DNA of 64,000 nucleotides from the human T2T-CHM13v2.0 reference genome, Homo sapiens: NCBI RefSeq assembly GCF_009914755.1, contig NC_060926.1. One strand, given 5' to 3'. Position 1 is the first letter of the stretch, and every line of letters begins with the position of its first letter. This document shows, one piece after another, positions 1-14,940 of this stretch. The notes beneath the pieces were generated by a model that saw only the letters and a program-made list of their open reading frames with translations, searched no databases and was not told the DNA's origin. The position numbers and the translations under genes were made by a program.

Positions 1-39
1 AGTTAAATCTGGGCCAATACAAACATAAGATGATGGCTG

Positions 40-270
40 GGATGAGCAGGTGTGCAGAAAGGAGTGGTATTAAGAGATATTTAGGTGGAAAATGGACCAT
101 GAGGACGAAGGCAGAGGACACGGTCTGTGTAACTGGATGGGGGTTGGTGATACCGCAGAAGCAGGGAGTTCACAGAAGGTCAGGGGTCATCAGGAGCCAG
201 GAGAAGCTGCTGCACTTGATCAGAGATTGCTGAGTTTGAGGTGGATTTGGGATGTAAAAGTGGGTGACTC
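40..270 (-). mobile_element. Degraded L2 LINE fragment
   Basis: Purine-rich segment ending 'gctgagtttgaggtggatttgggatgt' resembles antisense L2 ('gttgagtttgagatgcct...'); highly diverged. Confidence 0.4.
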
Positions 271-454
271 CTGTGCAAGCAGGCAACACTGTCTGCAAAG
301 GTAGCTGATATCTTCTAAGGTCCTTGGCCAACCTGGACTCAGGTAGGTGTCCTGTTAACATCTTTTTAGTACTTTTAAATTTCTGTATCAAATAACAACG
401 AGTAAGTCTACTTTTTTTTTTTTTAGCTTAGAAATCAGTATTTGGCTCAACTGA

Positions 455-795
<341 letters not shown>

Positions 796-1277
796 AGACC
801 AGTAATATAAACGACTGCTCCAAAATCACAAATTAACTTGATGGCAGTATTAGGATTGAAATTATGGTTATCCAAAGCCACTCTGACCCACGAGATGACA
901 GCATTCCTGTTTACCATATTCCTACAGGTTCTGCGGGGTGGAGTGGATGGCCATTGTGTGCTATGTGCTCTGAGGAAGCTTCTTCAACTGCTCTGCGAAC
1001 CGCAGCAGTTAAGTGTAGTATACAAGGCAGCTATGTGAATAGTGACCCAGATACAGACCAGTCTCAAGATAAACAAAAGGAAGATACCTCATCTGCAACC
1101 CATGGCCTGAGTTTTTCATAATACCCAGAATGGCAGTGCAAGGTTAACACTATGTTAGAAAGCTACCACTGGCTGGAGGATATGCCACGGGGACAAAACC
1201 AATAAAAAGCAGGACAGAGAAACCACCTTGCAGGAGCAAAAGAAATCAGCAAATTGAGATTTTTTGTTGTGACGTTT

Positions 1278-1400
1278 AGTGAGGTGGAATACTGAACGTA
1301 TTGCATCCTAATGGCGTCTTTGTCTCATACGGCTCACGTGTTGTACAGTGAGGTGGAATACTGACCGTATTGCATCCTAATGGCGTCTTTGTGTCACACG
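1278..1400 (+). repeat. Two-copy tandem duplication, period 69 bp
   Basis: 'agtgaggtggaatactga(a/c)cgtattgcatcctaatggcgtctttgt' starts at 1278 and at 1347. Confidence 0.9.
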
Positions 1401-4400
1401 TTGTGCAAGCACATTTCTATGAACACACACCCCAAGCGGGTTCTGCACTTACACTGCATCCTTAACTCACCTACATTTCTAAGGGTGTCTGCCTTCTTCA
1501 GCAGCCCTCCATGGCTGTCCACACCCTCCCACACCAGCCAACCTGAAACAAGGTTTCCTCTTCCTCTAGGAAATACTCAGGGTCTCGCTTCCTCCTTCAA
1601 CATCCATCCGTGTCTTCCACACCCCATCCTGAACCAGGCGCCCGAATTCCGAGTTCCGTGTTCCTTCTGTCACACGTGGCTAAAGACCGGCTGCTCCCTA
1701 GAAAATCACTGCTTTCCAAAGCGCACTGCCGAGTCTTACATGAAGTATTTTCTCTTTAGAGACATGAATTCTGATTCAGATATTTGCTTTCATTATAAGC
1801 CTTGGAGCAAAGAGTATAAAGGTGTTTTCTTCTAAAAGTTCCTTTGGTTGACCACGAATCCCCAGCCTCAGCTGTCTCCCTTAGTGCTGTTTGCTCCATG
1901 GATCTCTTACAGATGTGTGTCAAAGGCAGTTCATAAGCACAAAGACATCTGGAATACAAAGAGTCGCTATATAAAGACTAAAGACACCATGTTTATATTG
2001 AATTAATGAGCTGATTCTGAGATTTTTTTAGAATAACAGCCTACCTGGCATTTATTCTCTCTGAGCATTAATTAATATTTTTCACACCAGTGTCTATCTT
2101 AGTCAACATATTTTGAGCTTTGATTCAATTACAAAACCCTAACACCCCAAACTGTGTGTTTTTCACATGGTAAAGGACCACAGATTCACTAACGCCTTCA
2201 GAAGAATCAGTTTACTGTGGATTCTATCCAGTATTATGAAGTTCTCCTGTCCAAAAACACAGTTTTGAAAGATGAGGTTAGATTTATTAGTGCTGTGTTG
2301 GCTGGGATTTCATTAAGTGAGAGGGCTTTTGTAGTTTTCTCAGACCAAGCAAATTTTATTGGGCCAAATTATTTTTAGGTAAATCTGTGGGAATCTGTCC
2401 AATTTGTTACATGCCCTAAAGTCTTGGCACACTGAGATTTTGTTTTGTTTTTCTTTAGAAAATTCCCTCCCTGTTTCTCCCTCTTTGATATTATTCCCAG
2501 TAACAATGCATTATTGTTTCCTATGGGTCTGAGGACAGTGGCAATTCAGGGCATGTTTGGTGTTGTTGGCACGTCACGGAGGAGACATTCCCCACATGGC
2601 CTCCCCTTTCCTGTGATGCTGTTACTTCGGGCCCTGGAAGTTGAAACCGGGCAGCCAGGCCAAGGACCCTCTGTGCTGAAGGCTCCGGTGCCCTCAGTCA
2701 TCAGTCTCTGTCATGCTAACTCGTTACCTGTGCATGGAGCAGCCGCTAGACAGTTTCTCAGAGGACGAACGGCATTAAGTAGTTCCTTCATTCCTCCATT
2801 TGACAAACCTTGACTTAGTGCTGACTACCTGATCGTGACAGAGCTGAGCATCACAGATCAAACCACACACAACTTGTGTCCAGCACTCAATTTATGGTAC
2901 ATTTCTCTAGAGCTTCAAACTAGGGTATGCTCAGGGCTTACGTGTAATACACAAAAAAGTCTGCATATCATGTTACTGATCTCCTGAGCCATAAAATCCC
3001 TAAGGAAAAAAAAATTCTTTTTCTAAAGAGACTGGCTTGTTTTCAAGCTTACAAAAACCAGCCAGAGGGTTCAGGCTAAGTTTAGACAACTAAAAATAAA
3101 GTGAAAGCTTGGGTTTTTAATTTATGATGATGATTATTATTTTAAAATTCATTTTTGAAATGCACTTATATAGTGGAACAACATCAGATTAATGAAATTT
3201 AATCGTTATTGTGAAGATAAGTCTGTTTTTGGCTCAGATAAAATGAAGAGCTTCTGTAATACTTCCTTTTTTTCTCTTAAAAACCAAATGTGCATAATTC
3301 TGTTGGAAGAATAAAGATTGTAATTGTGAACTTTACCCATCATCTTCAATCTGCTTGTCTCTTGTTTCTTAAAAATCATTTTTAGCTCAAAATGTTTGAT
3401 GTTTTTGTTTGGCCTGTTATTGACTTTTAAAATGTATTTTCAGACATATATACTTTTACAAAATGGATATTTCTGATGTAGATATAAATTTACCAATTGT
3501 TATTTTATTTTCTTTTAAATATTATACTCAACACATACAGTAAAATTATAAAGAATTAGAAAAGATTCTGAAAAATAACAACTCTGGTCCCACTCTTCTA
3601 CTACTACGGAGGAAATATCAGATTTTTATGGCAGGTGGATATAACTGGGAGGTAGGTATTCCCTGTCATTGTTGAAGACACAAATGTACATTTTCTGAAT
3701 CTCTCTAAACAGGAAGATTCTTGTCAGAACAATGTAGTAATTTTATGAAGTAGATTTTGTAAATGTAGGTTATATAATAAATTTCAGTGAATTATAAAAA
3801 TGCAGGGTTTAAAAACAGCTGTATAGAAAAAGTGATGTTAGCAATATGGTGGAATGGGAGTTCCTGGTGCTCTTCCCCTCACAGAAACATCAGTTTGGAC
3901 AATTATCCACACATGAAAATACCTTCATAAGGGCTAACGTTAGGCACTAAAGTACCTAGTGGAATAAAGAAACAAAAATGTATTTAAGAGGGTAGGAAAG
4001 ACAGCTTCATGTTACCCGTCACTCTTCCACCAAACCTGCACAGCACAGCACAGAGACTTATACCCTCTGTTGCCAGAGGGTGGGGGATGCAGCAGGCATC
4101 TGACTTTGCCATGGGCCCCAGGACCAGGCCCACCTCCAAAAATTTCAGGGCCAGACTAGCCCCTGAAGCCCCAAGCTCTAGGCCCAACAACTCTAAAGAA
4201 ATGGCGATATATGAACTGCCTGGCAAATAATTCAAAACAATCATCTTAAAGAACCTCAATGAGTGACAAGGGGACACAGATAGACAACTGAATGAAATCA
4301 GGAAATACATAAGCAACATGAGAAGTTAAGAAATAGATTGAAATCGTTATAAATAAGCAAACAGAAATTCTGGAGCTGAAGAACAAAATGACTGAGCTGG

Positions 4401-6428
4401 AAAATTCCATGGAGAGCTTCAACAGGAGACTCGAACAAGCAGAAGGAAGAATCAGTGACATCAAAGACAGGTCAAATGAAATTACTCAGTGGAACAACAA
4501 CAACAAAAGATTGAAAAAAGTCTATAGGGCTAAGAGACACCATCAAACAAGTCAATATATGCATGATGGTAATTCCAGAAGAAGCAGAAAAATAGAAAGG
4601 GGACAGAAAGCTAATTTAAAGAAATAATGATGGAAAACTTTCCAAATCTAGAGACAGAAATGAGCATCCAGACGCATGAAGCCCAAAGAAGCCCCAAAGA
4701 GGTTAAACACAAAGAGATCTTCATAGACACATATTACAATCAAATTCTTAAAAGTGAAAGACAAATAGAGAATATTGAAAGCAGCAAGAGAAAAAAGTCT
4801 CCTCACATACATAAGTCTCCTAAAGGACAGTGATGTTTATAGTAGGAACAAAAGTGATAAAGAGAAAAGAATCAAGCATACCACTGAAAAATGATCAAAT
4901 CACAAAGAAAGACAGCAAGTGAGGAAGAAAGGAGATACAGAATAGCCAAAACAAAATGGCGATAGTGCTCCTTACCTATCAATAACTACTTTAAATGCAA
5001 ATGGTTAACTTCTCTTGGCAAAAAGACATAGAGTGGCTGAAGGGATATTAAAAGAAGATACAACTCTATGCTGCTTGCAGGCTGAAAGTGAAGGAAAGGA
5101 AAAAGATATTCCATGCAAATGGTAACCAAAAGAGATAAGGAGGGTATACTTACAGACTTTAAGGAATAAACTATAACAAGAGACAAAGAAGGGCATTGTA
5201 TAATGACAATGGGGTCATTTCATTGAAAGGCTATAACAGTTACAAATATATATGCACTCAACATCAGAGCACTTTAAATGTATAAAGTCAATGTTAACAG
5301 AACTAAAGGGAGAAATTGCAATGTGGTAATAGTAGGGAACTTTAGTACCCCACTTTCAACAATGAATAAATCATCCAGACAGAAAATCAATAAGCAAACA
5401 GAGATCCTGAATAACATTACAGACTAAATGGACCTGACAGATATGTACTGGACATTCCATCCAACAGCAATGGAATACACACTCTTCTCAAGCATATAAG
5501 AAAAATGTTCCAGGATAGATCCTGTATTAGGTCACAAACAAGTCTTAACAAATTTAAGAAGGTGAGGTCATATGAAGTATCTTTTCTGATTACAATGGTA
5601 TGAAACTAGAAATAGATAATGGGGGGAAAGAAATCAACAAAACAGAATCCTATTTATAACAGAGATGAAGAATTAAGACTCATAGAAACAAATTTAACTA
5701 AGGAGGTGAAAAATATCTACACCGAAAACTATAAAACACTGATTAAAGAAATTAAAAAGGATACAAATAAATGGAATGATATCCATTGTTAATGAACTGG
5801 AAGAATTAATATTGTTAAAATGTCCATACTACCCAAAGCAATCTACAGATTCAATGTAATTCCTTTCAAACTACCAACGGTGTTCTTCACAGAAATAAAA
5901 AAAAAGTAATTTTAAAATTCATATGAAATCATGAAAGATACTGAAGAGCCCAAGGCATCTTGAGCAAGAATAAAACAACAAACAACAATAAAAACAGCCA
6001 CAGAAAGCTGGGTGCGTCACACTACCTGACTTCAAAGTATACCACAAAGCTGTAGTAACCAAAATAGCATGGTATTGGCGTAAAAACAGACTCACAGACC
6101 AACAGGACAGAATAGAGAGCCTCGAAAAAAACACGTGCGTCTGCAGCCAACTGATTTTTCACAAAGGCATCAAGAACACACAGTGGGGAAAGAATAATCT
6201 CTTCAATAAATGGTGTTGGGAAAGGCAAATATCCACATGAAAAAGAACAAAATTGGACCTCTTCTTACATCATACACAAAATCAGCTCAAAATGGATTAA
6301 CAACATAAACATAGGACCTTAAATGGCAACACTACTTGAAGAAAACAGAGAGAAAAAACTTCTTGACGTTGGTGTGGGTAATGATATGATACTAAAAGCA
6401 CAAGGCAACAAAAGCGAACATGGACAAA

Positions 6429-6541
6429 TGGGATTGCACCAAACCAAAACACTTCTGCCCACACAAAGGAAATGACCAACAGAGTGGGATTGCACCAAAC
6501 CAAAACACTTCGGCCCACACAAAGGAAATGATCAACAGAGT
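6429..6541 (+). repeat. 56-bp tandem duplication inside L1 ORF2
   Basis: 'tgggattgcaccaaaccaaaacacttc(t/g)gcccacacaaaggaaatga(c/t)caacagag' at 6429 and 6485. Confidence 0.9.
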
Positions 6542-6592
6542 GAAGAGACGATCTACAGAATGGGAGAAAATAATTGCAAACCATACATCTTA

Positions 6593-7240
<648 letters not shown>

Positions 7241-8385
7241 TCAAAACATTAAAAATAGACCTGCCATATGATCCAACAGTCTCTCTTTTGTGTGTCTATC
7301 CAGAGGAAAGAAAATCACATTTGGAAGAGATGTCTGCACTCCATGTTACCGTAGCCAAGACATGTAATCAACCTATGTCCATCAAAGGAAGACTGGATAA
7401 AGAAATGTGATACGTACATATAAGGAAATATTATTTAGCCTTTAAAAAGAAGGAAATACTGCTGTTTGTAACAACATGGATGAACCTGGACGTTATGTTA
7501 AGTGAAGTAAGCCAGACACACAAAGACAGACACCACATGATCTCATTTGTATGTAGAATCTAATAAATTCAAACTCATAAAAATAGAGAGTAGACGGCGG
7601 TTCCCAGGGGCTGGGCTGGGGTGGGGAAATGAGGTGACATTGGTCAAAGGTACAAAGATTCAGTTATGCAGGTGACTAAGTCCTGGGGTTCCTAGGCACA
7701 GTGGGTGACTATGATTAGTGACGTTGTATTGCATACTTGAAATTCACTAAGAGGGTAGAAATTCAGTGCTCTCATCACACGTGCGCGCACACACACACAC
7801 ACCCTCCAAGGTCACTATGTGAGGCAATGGATGTCTTAATTAACTTGATTGTCATCACCATTTCACAATGTACACATATATCAAATCATCACGTTGTCAA
7901 TTTTATGCCATAAAGCTGGAAAAAATGACATGATTTTTTAAAAATAGTGTTTTTATTAAAAAATAGCAACAACTCCATGGAAATAAATGTGAATACATCT
8001 TAGAGCATGAAACAGAGGCAACCCAATAGCTCCATTATGTGAACGGCCTGCCAGGATGGATGACTCACTCTTAGGATGGTGGAATTTTAAAAGTAAAGTA
8101 GATCTTTGGGTCTGTCATTTCCAGGTGGTGCTCTGAGTGCTGGGATGTTCGGACCCTGGCTGGGTCACGTGCTGCAGCCGGCGGAGCTGGAGAAGTCACG
8201 AGACTTCCCACCGCATGAGGCTGCCCTGCTGCTGCCTGGGTTGGCCAGGGGAGCCGTTGCCATCGGAAGTCAGTCTGTTTGAAATTTCTGTCAGTTCCAT
8301 CTACCAGTTGGTTGTCATCCCCAAGGGTTCTATGATTTTCCGTGCTGCCAAGGAGGATGATAAAAGATTTACTGACCTCAATATA

Positions 8386-8731
8386 CAGACACTCAACTTA
8401 CAACGGGGTTATGTCTCCATGTCTCCGTAAACCCAGCGTATTCCTTGGAAATACTGTCAGTAGAAAATGCATTTAGTACCCCCTACCTAGGGAGCATCAC
8501 AGCCTGGCCTGGCCCACCTTAAACACGCTCAAAACACACATCAGCCCACAGTTGGGCAGACTCATCTCCCACAAAGCCCACTTGATATTAAAGTGTTGAG
8601 TTCTCATGTGATTTGTGGAATATTTTACTGAAAGTGAAAAACAGAACAGTTTCTACTGAATGCCTGTCACTTTCACGTGATCGTAAAGTCAAAAAATCTA
8701 AGTGAAACCATTTTACGTTGGGGATAGTCTA
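8386..8731 (+). mobile_element. TcMar-Tigger non-autonomous DNA transposon (MER47A-like)
   Basis: TA-flanked ends 'ta|cagacactcaacttacaacggggtt' ... 'ttacgttggggatagtcta|ta'; internal 'actgaaagtgaaaaacagaa' and 'cgtaaagtcaaaaaatc' match the recalled MER47A consensus. Confidence 0.75.
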
Positions 8732-9629
8732 TACCCTGTTAATGTGCCTTATTCTGGAAACCATTCTATGTGAGCTGAGGAAATAGTCCACACAGAACAT
8801 GGAGAAAAGCAGGTATTTTCCTATTTCTTATTAAATAAAAATGGGCAGCAAAGTGTGGAGAATTAGCCCGGAGGAATGGCCTGGGCTGTGTGCGCTCTCC
8901 GCCGGCCCTCACAGCTGCAGCCCTGCTCATGCGATCTTGCTGTGCAGTCCTCCCCCTCTACCGTGAATGCAAAATCCTACAGAGATCAAAATACACACAT
9001 TCAATAAAACCGACAATAACAACCTCTGACTGGGTGGGCCGAGAAGCTCCGGGAAAACATCCTTTTAAAACTGCTATTACCTGGAAGTCAGCAAAGTGGA
9101 AAAACCGGCAGTAGAGAGGATTTTGTGAATGGCTCCCCAGGAGCGCTGCTTACATGCGGCTTCCTAAACGGGGAGGCCTGGGGGTTGTAGCCGGGGTGAA
9201 AATGTTGGGCGTTTGAGATGCAGCACTTCTCAGGCTCTGAGGGACTGCAGAGTAGCACCCGAACCACCAGACAAGCCCCAGCGGAAGTGTGGAGCTGACG
9301 TGCAGTTATCCACATGTGTGTTCCAGCCAGAAACCTTTCGGATATACATTGTGAACAGTTTTCTACAAATGATGACATGTAAACACATAGTTTGAGATAT
9401 AATAACCCATGACTGTCCATGGAGCTTGGCGTTTCTGTGTCCCTGTGGCCTTCAGCTGGCCACATTCATGGGAGGCAGTGATTCTCAGTGCCATCCCAGA
9501 AGCAGAAGCTTCTCAAAGCACCTGCACCCTGGCATAGGCCACAGACTGCCCATCTCACCCAGCCTGAGCCCCAGGCACTGAAACGCAGGAGAGTTGTTCA
9601 ATGTGTTTATTCAAACTGAACATAAATGT

Positions 9630-9780
9630 GCAGGAGATGAGATATTTCATCCTGTGATGTAGGTATTACTACACTCCCCTTTTGCAGATAAGGAAACCAA
9701 GCCTGAGACATACTGAACAAATCGACTGTGGCCACACGATTGGGGAGTGCCGGTGGATTTACATCGAATGTCCCAGACGG
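9630..9780 (-). mobile_element. MIR SINE fragment
   Basis: 'tcctgtgatgtaggtattactacactccccttttgcagataaggaaacc' is the antisense MIR core. Confidence 0.65.
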
Positions 9781-11347
9781 AAGCTCACACACTTCCCAGC
9801 TCCCCACATCACTTTTCCGAGATGCATGTTGATGAAAACACAGAATCATACCTTTTAAAGGCACCGATGAATAACCCTGGAAACTAGATATGGCACATAG
9901 ATATATATGGGAAATACCCATTCATAGAAATGTGGCTGAGAGATTCCAAACCTGACTTTGTAAGAGAAAAAAAATATGAAAAAGTAGTTATAAAAATAAT
10001 TAAGAGTTATAAGAAAATAGTTATAAGAACATAGTTAATAAGAAAAACCCAGAGTCAAATATGCAGTAAAGCAAAAGAGAAAAGATCCATTATTGCAGCA
10101 AGCATCGCCAGAGATGGGACTGAATTACTGGTATTTTACCCGGGAAGCCTGCAGGGGCGAGCTGAGCTCGGGCAGAGCCTGCGCGGCTCAGGGACGGTCA
10201 CTGTGTCCTCACACGGGCAGAACGGGCTCTGAAAACAGCCATTACCAGCCATTGGCTCCATTTTCCCTGGCGCTGTTTTCTCTGAGAAAAATGAGGGCAG
10301 CGTTTATCTTGGCTTTGCTTTGTGTCTTTCTCCTAGTTTTCTCCTCCCTGACGCTGTCTTGCAGTGTAAGCCAACGTGGCTTAAGACAGTTCGGCATTCA
10401 TCAACTATTGATTGCAAGTCTAATCAATAGCGTGACTGTGTGAGTGTAATCAAAATACTTGAATTATTTTAAACAATTATTTTAAATATTTTTTCTGACA
10501 CACACATACGCACACACTTAGACAATTTAACTGCACTTTTTTTGCTAATAAAATTTACATTATTTGTGCCAGTTAAAACTACCTTCCGACAGCCTGAACT
10601 GAAGATGAAAGTCAAGGAATTTATTTTTCACATAATGCCTAGTAAGAAGCTGCCATGAAAATTTCTACTTGGGCACAGAGTGTTTCTGTCCTTTTAAAAA
10701 GGGAGTAGAAAGTTGTATAATTTGATATGGAAAATTATTACCATCCAGGTTTTCCTACTTTCTGGGTAAAGGTCCTGAGTGCTGGGCTTTTTCCAGATGC
10801 CGGCCAACAGATCCTTGGGGTGTGGCTCCGTGATGAAGCCAGCCCCACCCTGCAGGGCTGGCAGCCGCCTGTGACCCTGTGACTCAGCGGCCACGGCGTG
10901 TCTACAAGGAGCCCAGTTGCAGGTGCAGGTGGGAGGGCCCAGGATGGAGGCTCTGATGCAGCAGGAGCCGGGTGGGCAGTGATGCTTGCATCCCTGATGG
11001 GGAGGTCCCGCCAGGCCTCATGTGCTGGGTGCTGTGCCCTCTTCCTATGCAGGGAAACGGACAACATTTCTGGAACTCAGTGACGCTAAAGTTCTGTATC
11101 TTTTTATCCTTTCTTTCATGCAAGGAATAGTAGGATTTGAGGGTGCAGAATTTGGATAGAATTGTTCTTATAGCAGATTATAACAAAGGGGAATGTTTGG
11201 ACTTACCAGTTAAGTGGAAATGCATATAGATAGTCAATAACTGTATATGTACTTTGATTCCAAGTGGTTTTGAAGTTGTGGAGCTGGGGGCCAATGAAGA
11301 AGGATCTAGCTCTGAAACCAGGACTCAGAATGTGATAGAAAAGATCA

Positions 11348-11620
11348 GGCTGCGGGCGGGGCTCACACCTGTAATGAGACAGAGGCGGGAGGATCACTTG
11401 AGCCCAGGAGTTCCAGACCAGCCTGGGCAACATAGTAAGGCCTCATCTCTACTAATAAACATTAGCTGGGGATGGTGACGCATGCCTGTGGTCCCAGCTA
11501 CACAGGAGGCTGAGGCAGGAGGATGGCTGGAGCCCAGGAGGTTGAACCTGAGGTGGGCAGTGGTGGTGCCATTGCCCTCCAGCCTGGGCAAGACAGCAGA
11601 CCCTGTCTTAAAAAAAAAAA
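11348..11620 (+). mobile_element. Alu SINE, AluJ-like, with target-site duplication
   Basis: Alu dimer with small left-arm deletion and poly-A; TSD 'aaaagatca' at 11339-11347 and 11617-11625. Confidence 0.9.
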
Positions 11621-13566
11621 GATCATGGTAGTCAAATGTTAGGATAAATTAATCTTATTAATCAAGTTATGTTGTTTAAATATCAGCTAAGGCCAGAGAG
11701 GGAGCCATCTTTTGCTTTGTTTTTCTTTAAATGATGTATAGGTATTATTTCTAACATAAGGCTTGAAAAACTAATGAAGTGTAATAATTTTAATGAATAG
11801 GTGGTTTATGAAAAGAGAGGTTTGGGAATTCCACGTTTCTAATCTTCATCTCAGAAAGCGCAACCGCAGGCCCACCTAGAGACTCACGCCCCACTCAGGC
11901 TCTCCTGCTCAGGGCTGTAGCAGGGCGGGAACACTCTTCACCTTCAAACCTGAACCCCCAAATGTCAACCTGCACCGAGGCACCTATGAGCATGGCAACT
12001 CTTGTCTCTATTCGGCAAGACCCCTCTAAAACCATAACCCCCTCCAGCCCAGCCAGCCACCCTGAGGCAGCCCTCTCACCCTGGCATTCAGCATTTGTCA
12101 CATAAAGAAAGCTTTGCAGAGTTCCACACACCCAGTAGCTGACTGTGAACCTCCCTCAAGGTCCTTGGCCTTTCGCCTGCTGTCACCTGATGTTACTACT
12201 GGGTGCACGTGGGGCCTGCACGGGTTCCTGGTGGCTCCTGCGGTCTGGAGCCTGGGACCTACCACCCTCCGTCCCCCCTGTCCCTCCTGAGAGTCAGAGC
12301 TGGCTGAGGACACTCTTACAGAGGAGAGGACATTTTCTTAGTCAAGGGTCTGTGAGTGGCTGGACTTTATTCTTGGAACCCCCTTTGAGAAATCATTTGG
12401 AAAGTGAGTGGTTCACTATTGTAATTGCGAACAGTTTTTAAAAATACGATTTCCTTCTTTATAAAGTGCTCAAAGTGCTGGACTTGGTGCATTTTATAAA
12501 GAAGGAAATCGTATTTTTAAATAGCACTTTTATATTGTGTTGTCCTCTTATGTTCTGAAATAAAATATGGAATAAGAATTGAGTGCAAAACTGAAATCCG
12601 AATTTATACTTTGAGATAATGTGGCCAAATACGTTTAGAAAGTCCTGCAACAATTCACAAGCCATGTGGACATGGTGTGGGGCTCGGCTGGGTGAGGGTT
12701 TTCTCCTCCCTCTCTGGAGGGAAGGTGGAACAGGGTGAATTAAAATCCTGCTCCCCTTTCCTCCCACAGGGAGATGGCTAATGACCCACAGCTGGGATCA
12801 TTGCTGCCTGCTCAGGACTTGAGTTACTGGATGTCGGAGGCTTACAAAGTGCTCTTTCTGAACGAAAAGGTAATTACAGTGTTTAAGAGCAGCTCCAGGA
12901 AGTGTGTATGGATTCTACAACTTTGTTTTCTTCTCTCTGGCTAATAGAAATCATCCAGCCCTCCCAATGAGGCCGCCTTGGGGCCAAATCCCCAAAGTGG
13001 CAGGCAGTCCCCGGAGAAAGCAATTCTTTGATGAAAAAAACGCCAAACATAAAACCATTTATCCATTCCTGGTCCAAAGAGCCAGTTTCCCTGAGAGGAG
13101 GTGGGACCACAGGGCTGGGCAGAGAGGGATATATTTGCTCCGTGCAGTCGTCATAGGAAAAAGAAGCAATGTCTCCTAATTTTGACAGACACAAGGCTCA
13201 CTGGATTCAGAACAGCAGCTCTCAGAGCTGGACCTGTTCCCTTTTCTGAACTTCAGTTTTATTCTTATATTAAATTCTTCAGCAATACCTTTACCTTGAC
13301 AAGAACGAATCATTAGAACATGTCTCCTCATGGCTGACCTCATGAGAGGAGATTTGAGGGCTTTGTGCTTGAGGCCCCAGGTCCCCCATGCTGTGCCCAA
13401 CTCCTCCCCATTCCCTGGCTCCCCTTCCATGGGGGGCGGTTCAGACTCCTGTCCTCTGTCCTGGGGTGGCTCTGAGTGGCCTTCACTCCATCCTGCAAAT
13501 CAGCAAGAGGGGTCTCCCTGCAGGCGCCCCACTGCTCACCACTTACCTGAGAGCAGGAGCCAGGTT

Positions 13567-13860
13567 CTGCCCTCTGCCCGCTCCCGTCTGCCCGCTCCCC
13601 TCTCCCCTCTCCCCTCTGCCCGCTCCCCTCTCCCCTCTCCCCTCTGCCCTCTGCCCTCTCCCCTCTGCCCTCTGCCCTCTGCCCTCTCCCCTCTGCCCTC
13701 TCCCCTCTGCCCTCTGCCCTCTGCTCTCTGCCCTCTCCCCTCTGCCCTCTGCGCTCTCCCTTCTGTCCTCTCCCCTCTGCCTTCTCCCTCTCCCCTCTCC
13801 CCTGTCGCCTCTGCCCTGCTCCCTTCTCTGTCCTGGGCTTCTGCCCCCCTCACCGCTCTC
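13567..13860 (+). repeat. Pyrimidine-rich 7-mer simple repeat (CCCTCTG/CCCTCTC)n
   Basis: Directly visible; produces the PLPSALC and AEGRGQR pseudo-ORFs. Confidence 0.92.
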
Positions 13861-14885
13861 TGCATCCACTCCAGCTTTTCCCCCCTTCACTTTCTCCAAA
13901 CAGTGATTTTTTGAAACTAATATCAACAAGATCAGGACAACTGCAATCACTTTACCCGACTTGTCAGTTTCCTATTTAGAAAATTCAGACTATGGAGTGG
14001 AATTGGCTCCTCATGGGACCCATGGTAAGTTTTTAATTTTTGAATTCACAATCAGATGATTTGGTTAAATTTTACATCCTTGTGTAGCTCCCCTACTCAA
14101 CATTAACTGTGTATTCCTAGGAGTTTTCAGTAAAATTCAAAATATGTTTAAAAAGAAAAAATTCTAGACCAACTATCACCTACAACTGAATAAAACAAAG
14201 TATTTTATTATAGCCAAAGGGTTTTTCTGACTTGTCCAGCACACCAAGGTAATCAGTCAAATTTCTTAATATTTTTCTGTGAATGTCCCTGTCTGAGATG
14301 GAGGAAATAGCTGATCATAAGTCTAAATAGCAAGACAACTTCTGGGAGGAAAGCAAAATTAACTTTATGTATATGAAACTGATTTTCAGGAGAAAATGCA
14401 GACTCAAAGAAATGTTATTTTCATATTATAAAAACTATACAAAATAGAAAAAAAGATGAAATCACCTTGAACAATACAAACATCATAATTCAACCGTCGC
14501 GAATATTTCAGTGTAATTTTTAAATTTCTTCTCTACACTTACATATCTGTATAGTCATCTCTATAACATACAGGCGACTACCTATCTGCTTTTCATGTTT
14601 ATAACTCGATTATAAGCATAACTCCCTATTGTCACATAGGTGTTAAGCCTTCATTGAGAGGAAGAAGAATCCAAGTTTTTATAATTTTATGGTCGGCTTC
14701 CTCATGTATTCTTTGCTTTTCTGTGCTTGACTCCTCCTCACACACTGGCTGCAGCTGGAGGAGACAGAAGCTACTACGAGGATTTCAGGTTCTTTGAGTT
14801 TCAGGCGGACTCAGCTTCCAGGGGCGAATACTCCACCTCTTGCAGCTCCTTCTTCCCTGCTGCGGGCGAGAGGGGGTCCTGGGAT

Positions 14886-14940
14886 GGTCTGTGGCTGGCC
14901 GTGGAGGCCGGGGTCTGGGCTGGCCGTGGAGGCCGGGATC
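14886..14940 (+). repeat. Two-copy ~26-bp tandem duplication
   Basis: 'ggtctg(t)ggctggccgtggaggccgg' twice. Confidence 0.8.

Noticed and set aside
4388-4833. L1 ORF1-like peptides as functional CDS
   Set aside because: Fragmented by stops and frameshifts; a fossil element
13567-13860. Possible SVA 5' (CCCTCT)n hexamer
   Set aside because: The period is mainly 7, and no Alu-like, SVA-VNTR or SINE-R segment follows
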